Positions 57,902-64,000 of a stretch of DNA of 64,000 nucleotides are shown here, piece by piece. Under the pieces are notes generated by a model that made no database searches, was not told the origin of the DNA, and saw nothing but the letters and a program-made list of their open reading frames with translations. Location: the IMG/VR virus record IMGVR_UViG_3300025137_000016. One strand, 5' to 3'. Origin of the DNA: a virus. Position 1 is the first letter of the stretch; each line of letters starts with the position of its first letter. Made by a program: the position numbers and the translations under genes.

Positions 57902-59199
57902 CAAAAGTGATAACAGCACCAAAGAAGTTTGAATGCGAAGATAAGCTAGGATTATTTGGTGATGAAAATGATTATGAATTATTATGTGATTGGGATTGCG
58001 ACTTTTATGCTCCCACTCCTATGGGTGAAGAAAACTCTGAAGCCAATATTATATTTAAGTTTAGAAAAAACTGGTTTACTCAAGACCAACAAGATAAAGC
58101 ATATAATGGTTTGCGTGAAGCAGCAGGTGCCACTGAGAATCGTGGACTCGCAGCAGGTAGTGAAAAAACAGTTGCTCTAGGAACTAGGGATTGGGTCACT
58201 AACTATCACAACGCATTAATACAATATTTTATGTCACCCTCAGCTACTCTTGATGGCTCGGATCCTGTTGAAGCAATTCAACTAGAGTATAAAGGTCGTG
58301 AGAAGATTGCTGATGACAGTCGTGGTAAAGTGTGGCTCGCACAAAAAGTAGCAGAAGAAGATTTCGTATTTGATAATTGGGTTGAAGAAATAAGAGGATT
58401 GCCTAGAGAGGAAATGGTTAAAGAAGCAACTAGAGTAAATGATAAATTGACCTCTACAACTTCTTATGCTAATTCAGTGTTCTCAGGTATCGCAGGATTC
58501 TTTGATAGATACCCTCGTATTCCTTTTGGTCGTCCTACAACTTTCACTAGAGATAATCCTGAGAAGTTTGAACAAGGATTCCCTTTCTTACAACAATTAT
58601 CTAAAGGTTTTGGTGAACTATTGCCAGTCAGGTATGGTAAACAACAGGAAGCATGTAATAAACTAGATAATAAATTTATTATTCCTGGAACTGTTTTCAC
58701 TACTGCTACTGTTAATAAAACATTTAGAACAGCATACCATCGAGACATGGGAGATCTAAATGAAGGATTCTCTAATCTTACAGTCGTATCAAATAATGGT
58801 AAATATTCTGGTGGGTACTTAATACTTCCTGAATATAAAGTTGCTATTAATATTCGTCCAGGAGATTTATTATTAATTAATAATCATGATGGAATACATG
58901 GTAATACACCAATGGTTATGGAAGATGAAAGTGCTGAAAGAATATCTTTCGTATGTTATTTCAGAGAGAAGATGTTAGAACTAGGAAGCTGGGATTATGA
59001 ACGAGCTCGTGAAGATTATGTTATTAATCGTAGAACTAATAAAGAACACGTCTTACAAAGACCATTATGGAATGGTATTAGTCCTGGGATGTGGGATGAG
59101 AAAGAATGGTATGACTTTCTTGAAGATAAACTAGGGAAAGATATTGTATCTAAGTACCACCCTGACAGTGAAGCTAGTTCTCTAGCAGACTTTTTTTAG
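57898..59199 (+). CDS. TET/JBP-family 2OG-Fe(II) dioxygenase
   Basis: FTTATVN..FRTAYHRD (HxD), GGYLILPEY, PGDLLL..HGNTP (H) and RISFVCYFREKM (R); ATGA overlap with gp41. Confidence 0.88.
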   Translation: MTKVITAPKKFECEDKLGLFGDENDYELLCDWDCDFYAPTPMGEENSEANIIFKFRKNWFTQDQQDKAYNGLREAAGATENRGLAAGSEKTVALGTRDWVTNYHNALIQYFMSPSATLDGSDPVEAIQLEYKGREKIADDSRGKVWLAQKVAEEDFVFDNWVEEIRGLPREEMVKEATRVNDKLTSTTSYANSVFSGIAGFFDRYPRIPFGRPTTFTRDNPEKFEQGFPFLQQLSKGFGELLPVRYGKQQEACNKLDNKFIIPGTVFTTATVNKTFRTAYHRDMGDLNEGFSNLTVVSNNGKYSGGYLILPEYKVAINIRPGDLLLINNHDGIHGNTPMVMEDESAERISFVCYFREKMLELGSWDYERAREDYVINRRTNKEHVLQRPLWNGISPGMWDEKEWYDFLEDKLGKDIVSKYHPDSEASSLADFF

Positions 59200-59200
59200 T

Positions 59201-59932
59201 ATGAATTATAAAATATTTAAAGACACCTATGTTCGTGAAGTAGATGGCAAAGCTCTAGGAGTTGATAAGGATATGGTGAACCAATGCCTATCTAATTATT
59301 CAAAGTTTGATAATCTTGATGGTGCCATAGTTATGGACTGGGGTATGAATATTGGTGCGTTTGGAAGAATGCTACTTGATACAAATATAAAACAATATAT
59401 TGGTGTAGAATGTCATCCTGAAAATTTTGAAGTATGTGAAAAGAATCTAGGGCATGATGAAAGATTTTGTTTAATTAATGCTGCAGTCACTACTCAAGAT
59501 ATTCCTGAGATAACTTTATATCTAACAGGAAGTAAACAAGAATTTTGTTCAGGCACTACTAATCCAAAAAGTAATGCTGCAAAGAACATGAGAAAAAACC
59601 AAGTCAAAGTTCCAACAGTACAAGCACAACAATTATTTGATATTTACCAACCAACACATTTAAAGTGTGATGTTGAAGGCGAAGAATATCGTATCTTTGA
59701 ACCAGATTGGTTTATTCCTGAAAGTATCAAACAGATGTCTTTAGAGTTTCACTGGTCAGATAGAATACTATCAGATTATGAAAGCAATCAACGAGCTAAA
59801 TTTATTGAGCAAGGTTTCACACCTTTACAAGAACAATTAAATTTAGTCCCAGGAGATAAGCAAGTAATGTTCTTGGGTGAAGAAGTTAAATACAGAAACA
59901 TATGGGGTATGGATACTCTATATAAACGATGA
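59201..59932 (+). CDS. FkbM-like SAM-dependent methyltransferase
   Basis: VMDWGMNIGAF, VECHPENF, NAAV and LKCDVEGEE motifs. Confidence 0.82.
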   Translation: MNYKIFKDTYVREVDGKALGVDKDMVNQCLSNYSKFDNLDGAIVMDWGMNIGAFGRMLLDTNIKQYIGVECHPENFEVCEKNLGHDERFCLINAAVTTQDIPEITLYLTGSKQEFCSGTTNPKSNAAKNMRKNQVKVPTVQAQQLFDIYQPTHLKCDVEGEEYRIFEPDWFIPESIKQMSLEFHWSDRILSDYESNQRAKFIEQGFTPLQEQLNLVPGDKQVMFLGEEVKYRNIWGMDTLYKR

Positions 59933-61113
59933 AGTATTTACACACAGATAATAAAGATAAAGAATATGTAGATTGGCGACTCCCTGAAAATAGGGAGAAA
60001 GGTTTTCTATTATGGTTAGATTGGCGACTAACTTATAATGACCTCGACCATTACATGACAGCCAACATATTTCGCGATGCTACTGGCGATAAATCCCCTA
60101 CAAAAAAACCTATGACTGAAGAACAGCGACTCTGGTACTGTTTAATCTTTGGTTGCACCTATCAAACAGAAATGGCTTGGGCGATATATTGGAACTTTCC
60201 AAATCTATTGGAAATTGATTTACAAGAATTAGAAGAATGGAATGTTGAGCATTTAGATAAACAAAGATATGCTCGTGATACAAAATATAATAAAGGTAGA
60301 ATTGCTGAACAAGTAAGATCTATGCAACAATTGATTATGCCCTATGGTTCTATTAAAGCATGGGTAGATAATCAATTAAGAGATAACCCAAGTGAATCCT
60401 TTTTTAATATGTATGAGGAAGCACAGAAGATACACAAGTATGGTAGAATGACTACATGGTTATTTTGTCAAGCATTAAAAGAAACAGCCGAAGTACCCTT
60501 AGAGCCTGACACAATGTTAGCTACTGACAAATCTAACTGGAGTGTTAGATCTGGTCTTTGTTATTTAAAAGGTTGGGATAATCTTATTGAAGCCAAAGGT
60601 GCGAAGCTCGGAAAAGATGATATGCTGAATGTGGCTGAAGCAGAAAAATATATTTTTGCCAAAGCTAAAGATAATGTTTCGCCAGAAAATTCTAAAGTGC
60701 TTACAAACTTTTTATTAGAATCCCACCTATGTCAATATAAGAAACTAATGCTTGGTGGCGATTATGGTGGGCACTCTTCAGGTGATCATTATTCTAGAGG
60801 AAGTTTTTTAAAAGAAAAATGGGAGGGTATAGTGAACTATGATGCGTTCTTTGAAGATGCTATTACTAAGCATCACCCACTCGTACAGAAAAAAAGGGAA
60901 AGTCTTGCCCTAAGAGATTTATGTAAGAAAACAGGTCAAATGATTAACCTTCATCAAGATTATGATTTTATGCCAGATATGTATAAGGAAACAGGAATGG
61001 ATCCTAACTGGTTCTATAACAAGGGTGCTTATGAGAAAGAAGCAGTCAAATGTATAGATGCGTATCAGCTAAAGATGAGTGAAGAGAAATTCGGCTTGGA
61101 GGTTTACTTTTAA
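59929..61113 (+). CDS. aGPT-PPlase2 / amino acid:DNA transferase-like protein (HhH glycosylase fold)
   Basis: EQRLWYCLIFG.TY, KIHKYGRMTTW, SVRSGL and LESHLCQYKK patterns; neighbours TET and kinase. Confidence 0.75.
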   Translation: MKYLHTDNKDKEYVDWRLPENREKGFLLWLDWRLTYNDLDHYMTANIFRDATGDKSPTKKPMTEEQRLWYCLIFGCTYQTEMAWAIYWNFPNLLEIDLQELEEWNVEHLDKQRYARDTKYNKGRIAEQVRSMQQLIMPYGSIKAWVDNQLRDNPSESFFNMYEEAQKIHKYGRMTTWLFCQALKETAEVPLEPDTMLATDKSNWSVRSGLCYLKGWDNLIEAKGAKLGKDDMLNVAEAEKYIFAKAKDNVSPENSKVLTNFLLESHLCQYKKLMLGGDYGGHSSGDHYSRGSFLKEKWEGIVNYDAFFEDAITKHHPLVQKKRESLALRDLCKKTGQMINLHQDYDFMPDMYKETGMDPNWFYNKGAYEKEAVKCIDAYQLKMSEEKFGLEVYF

Positions 61114-61131
61114 GTTTTTCTAGTATAGAAT
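61103..61131 (+). promoter_or_regulatory. Sigma70-type promoter (inositol synthase-HAD-kinase)
   Basis: TTTACT-N17-TAGAAT. Confidence 0.8.
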
Positions 61132-61212
61132 TCTTATATATAAATGAAAAGTGTGCTAATCTGATCCAGTCAAATCCCACACTCTAATAAACTGATATAA
61201 AGGAGAAAAAAT

Positions 61213-62490
61213 ATGTCAAAAATTAAGGTCGCCATTATTGGCACTGGTAATTGTGCAAAGTCGGTAGTCGAAGGTGTGCAATACTATACTCAAAATCCCC
61301 AAGATAAAGTAGGATTAATGTATCCAGATATAGGAGGATACACTGTAGAAGATATCGAATTCGTTTGTGGTTTCGATGTTGATCCTAGAAAAGTCGGGAA
61401 ACCATTACAACAAGCATTAAGAGCAGCACCAAACTGTGCCATGCATCATGTATCAGAAATTGATGATACTTGTATAGCAAAAGACAGTATGGTATATTCT
61501 AGTCCAGAACTAGATGGAGTTGCTTCACACATGCTTGACTATCCAGAAGCAGTATCATTTAGAACAGGAGCAGAAACTGCTTTATCTAAAAAACAAGTTG
61601 CTCATACTTTAAACTTCCACAAGGTTGATGTTATTATTAACTATCTTCCAGTTGGTTCTGAAAAAGCAACAGAGTTTTATATAGACGCAGCAGTAATGGC
61701 TGGTGTTCATTTTGTAAACTGTATTCCAACTCTTATTGAAACTGAAAAGACTAAAGTCATAGAACAGAAGTTCATTGATGCTGGTCTTACTATTGTCGGA
61801 TCTGATATGAGATCTGCATGGGGTGCTTCTAGATTATCTGAAGTATTACAGGGAGCGATGTTAGATTCTGGTCTACAAGTGACGCAACATATTCAAATGA
61901 ATATGGCAGCAGGATCTACACAAGGTCAAGAAACTATTAGAACAGGAAGAACAGCAAATACTGACTTCTTAAATATGGCTTATAAAGAAAGATTAAAATC
62001 TAAACATATTTCTAAAGAGAATGTTTTAAAAGGTCAGAATCTAGTTAGAGATGAATCTATCGCAGGTATGACTTTGTATGCTGGTCCAAGTTTAACAGTA
62101 TTCCAAAAACCTGGAGGAGAATATGTTGGCTCTGATAATAAGATTGCCAATTTAGATATAGTCGCCTATGGTTTTGGTGGGGCAAGGTATGAATTATCTG
62201 CAAGGATGTCAGTACAAGATTCGCCAAACTCTGGAGGTGTAGTTGTATCAGCTATTCGTTTCTGTAAGGTTGCTTCTGAAATGCAAGTAGTTGGATTCTT
62301 AAGAGGTCCATCAGCTTGGACGCAAAAGACTCCACCTGTACAATTAAAAACAGAAGATGCTAAGTTTGAATGTGATGCATTAGCTAGACGTGAACTTACT
62401 AAGATGACTGAACCACAGTTAGTTGTAAACAAACCAAAAGCAAAAGATCTAGCATATACATATCAAAAAGGTGAAACTGATTATGAATAG
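61213..62490 (+). CDS. ino1: myo-inositol-1-phosphate synthase family protein (divergent active site)
   Basis: VAIIGTGNCA, FDVDPRKVG, NYLPVGS, FVNCIP, NTDFLNM and DSPNSGG motifs. Confidence 0.9.
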   Translation: MSKIKVAIIGTGNCAKSVVEGVQYYTQNPQDKVGLMYPDIGGYTVEDIEFVCGFDVDPRKVGKPLQQALRAAPNCAMHHVSEIDDTCIAKDSMVYSSPELDGVASHMLDYPEAVSFRTGAETALSKKQVAHTLNFHKVDVIINYLPVGSEKATEFYIDAAVMAGVHFVNCIPTLIETEKTKVIEQKFIDAGLTIVGSDMRSAWGASRLSEVLQGAMLDSGLQVTQHIQMNMAAGSTQGQETIRTGRTANTDFLNMAYKERLKSKHISKENVLKGQNLVRDESIAGMTLYAGPSLTVFQKPGGEYVGSDNKIANLDIVAYGFGGARYELSARMSVQDSPNSGGVVVSAIRFCKVASEMQVVGFLRGPSAWTQKTPPVQLKTEDAKFECDALARRELTKMTEPQLVVNKPKAKDLAYTYQKGETDYE

Positions 62491-62893
62491 AAGAATCAAT
62501 ACTTTTGATATTGATGGTGTTATCTATATGGGTAAGCACGATGGTGTTTATCCAGGAAAAAGTGATGTCATTATTACAGGTAGATCTATAGATGAGTGGG
62601 ATGAAACTACTGCTATGCTACAAGCAAAAGGCATTAAGAATGAAGTCTTTATGAATCCAGCAAGGTTTGAAAATAAAACTAGACAAGGTTCTGGTATTCA
62701 TAAAGGCAACATTATAAAAATGTTAAGAGTTCAAAGAGAGATAGAAATAGGAATACATTTTGATGACGATCCTATACAAATAAAAGAGATCGAAAGAATA
62801 AATCCTGATATCACATGTGTACTATTATCCCATGAATTAGTGGATAAAGAAAACTGTAGACATGTAAACTTCTTTGAGTCTGGAGGAGAATAA
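62483..62893 (+). CDS. Cap-less HAD-family phosphatase
   Basis: FDIDGV, IITGRS, K and HFDDD motifs. Confidence 0.82.
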   Translation: MNRRINTFDIDGVIYMGKHDGVYPGKSDVIITGRSIDEWDETTAMLQAKGIKNEVFMNPARFENKTRQGSGIHKGNIIKMLRVQREIEIGIHFDDDPIQIKEIERINPDITCVLLSHELVDKENCRHVNFFESGGE

Positions 62894-63468
62894 TGATTAT
62901 AGCAATTGGTGGAGAACCAGCAACAGGTAAATCTACATTGATGAAACAATGGATGAAAGATTATACTTGGGATGATGTCAAGTGTACAGATCTATTATAT
63001 GGTATGCACTGTCAAGAGCTGAATACTATTGTTCTCGGAAAAGACTATTTCAATGAAGAACAGATGTTCTGTGGTACTGATAGACTATCAATGGCAGTAC
63101 AACCTAAAGCCATTGAGTGGTTTAAAACCTCATACAAGCCATCTGGGGTTAATATCGTATTTGAGGGAGATAGGTTGTTTAGTGCTTCATTTCTTGGCGA
63201 AATGACCTCTCAGGGACACGATATACGCATCATTTACATAAAGGCAGACCAAAGTACCCTAGACGAAAGACATGTCTCCAGGAACGATAATCAGGACGAT
63301 AAGTTCCTAAAATCAAGGAAAACCAAGCTATCTAACATATTATCCAACTTCGAGCTTATGCCCTACATTGAAGAGTTTACAAATAATACAATTGAAGATC
63401 AGTCGGTCTTAGTGGAATTAATCTTAAAGGAACTAAATAGTAGTGATGGCAAAATGGTACAGGGATAA
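62893..63468 (+). CDS. P-loop kinase of the DNA-base hypermodification type (5-hmU DNA kinase-like)
   Basis: GGEPATGKST, GTDRLSMAVQP and FEGDRLF motifs. Confidence 0.78.
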   Translation: MIIAIGGEPATGKSTLMKQWMKDYTWDDVKCTDLLYGMHCQELNTIVLGKDYFNEEQMFCGTDRLSMAVQPKAIEWFKTSYKPSGVNIVFEGDRLFSASFLGEMTSQGHDIRIIYIKADQSTLDERHVSRNDNQDDKFLKSRKTKLSNILSNFELMPYIEEFTNNTIEDQSVLVELILKELNSSDGKMVQG

Positions 63469-64000
63469 GGCAACCATTTCAGTACGAGGTGGCGATGCTC
63501 CAACTAGAAAACTCATAAGAGAGATGGCACACTATTGTGCTAAAAAACTTATGACTGTTCAACTCCGAACTCAAGTCACAATAAATTTCGTAATTACAAA
63601 AGACCTTTACTTAACTGAAAAGGTCCAAGGACTATCTTGGATTGATTGCGAAGAATATCGTCCAAAGAAATTTAAAATACAAGTAGAACACGAATCCAAA
63701 TTAAGACCTTTATTAGAAACTGTAGCACATGAGATGGTACATATAAAACAATGGGCATCTGGTGATATGTATGAATATTCAGATGGTAATAGAACTCGCT
63801 ACAAAAAGAAACAATATAATAATCAAAAAATAGATTATTGGGATTCGCCATGGGAAGTAGAAGCACATGGTAAAGAGGTTGGTCTATTTGTTCGTTTTTG
63901 TGAAGATGAGGGTTATAAAGATGAGAAGTGGGCAAAGGTCGATTTCTTAAAACCTGAATATGCAAAAAGAATCGCAAAACATATAAAAGCAAAAAGAAAA
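63446..64000 (+). CDS. SprT-like HEXXH zinc metallopeptidase, 3'-truncated (not in ORF track)
   Basis: My translation gives ...ETVAHEMVHIKQ...DYWDSPWEVEA..., open to the window end; CTAAATA at 63433. Confidence 0.8.
   Translation, partial: MAKWYRDKATISVRGGDAPTRKLIREMAHYCAKKLMTVQLRTQVTINFVITKDLYLTEKVQGLSWIDCEEYRPKKFKIQVEHESKLRPLLETVAHEMVHIKQWASGDMYEYSDGNRTRYKKKQYNNQKIDYWDSPWEVEAHGKEVGLFVRFCEDEGYKDEKWAKVDFLKPEYAKRIAKHIKAKRK

Noticed and set aside
61213-62893. Synthase plus HAD as a lipid or osmolyte (phosphatidylinositol, DIP) auxiliary module
   Set aside because: No CDP-alcohol phosphotransferase or cytidylyltransferase nearby, and the genes are flanked by the DNA transferase and kinase. Disfavoured rather than excluded.
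1052-63992. Minus-strand and alternate-frame ORFs in the track (e.g. 49130-49795, 20601-20993, 63672-63992)
   Set aside because: They shadow well-supported + strand genes, lack motifs and reflect codon bias.
1-64000. tRNA, rRNA, CRISPR arrays, introns, inteins, homing endonucleases, transposases
   Set aside because: None recognised; intergenic gaps are short and gp17, gp41, gp43 and gp46 have normal lengths.

Overview
A 64-kb, AT-rich segment of a T4-like myovirus genome, probably marine or aquatic. A proteobacterial host is inferred from sigma70-type promoters, IHF-consensus boxes, IscA, DUF465, peptide deformylase and a ROSE-like hsp20 leader. Essentially all genes lie on the + strand. Layout: fibre/baseplate genes (1-18.5 kb); neck, terminase, tail and head genes gp13-15, gp17-23 and gp3, with no gp16 at its usual site (18.5-33.3 kb); uvsY, uvsW, iscA, gp55, gp47, gp46 and def (33.3-40.3 kb); an accessory block with a VWA/MoxR(CobS-like) pair, a stand-alone NAD-ligase-Ia-like domain and a sulfotransferase (40.5-46.4 kb); replication genes gp45, gp44, gp62, regA, gp43, uvsX and gp41 (46.5-57.9 kb). 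The standout is a six-gene cluster at 57.9-63.5 kb: TET/JBP dioxygenase, FkbM-like methyltransferase, aGPT-PPlase/amino-acid:DNA-transferase homologue, divergent inositol-phosphate synthase, HAD phosphatase and P-loop DNA-base kinase. It reads as a post-replicative thymine hypermodification pathway that may attach a (methylated) cyclitol. The TET and transferase end in clamp-binding-like tails resembling that of gp43. Other signals: near-complete purge of GTWAC and apparent absence of CCGG, GGCC and GCGC; an antisense promoter into a G-rich tract (candidate R-loop origin); apparently leaderless gp43/gp41 mRNAs; a duplicated IHF-box promoter. Family assignments come from motif recognition and motif counts are by eye; no searches were run.
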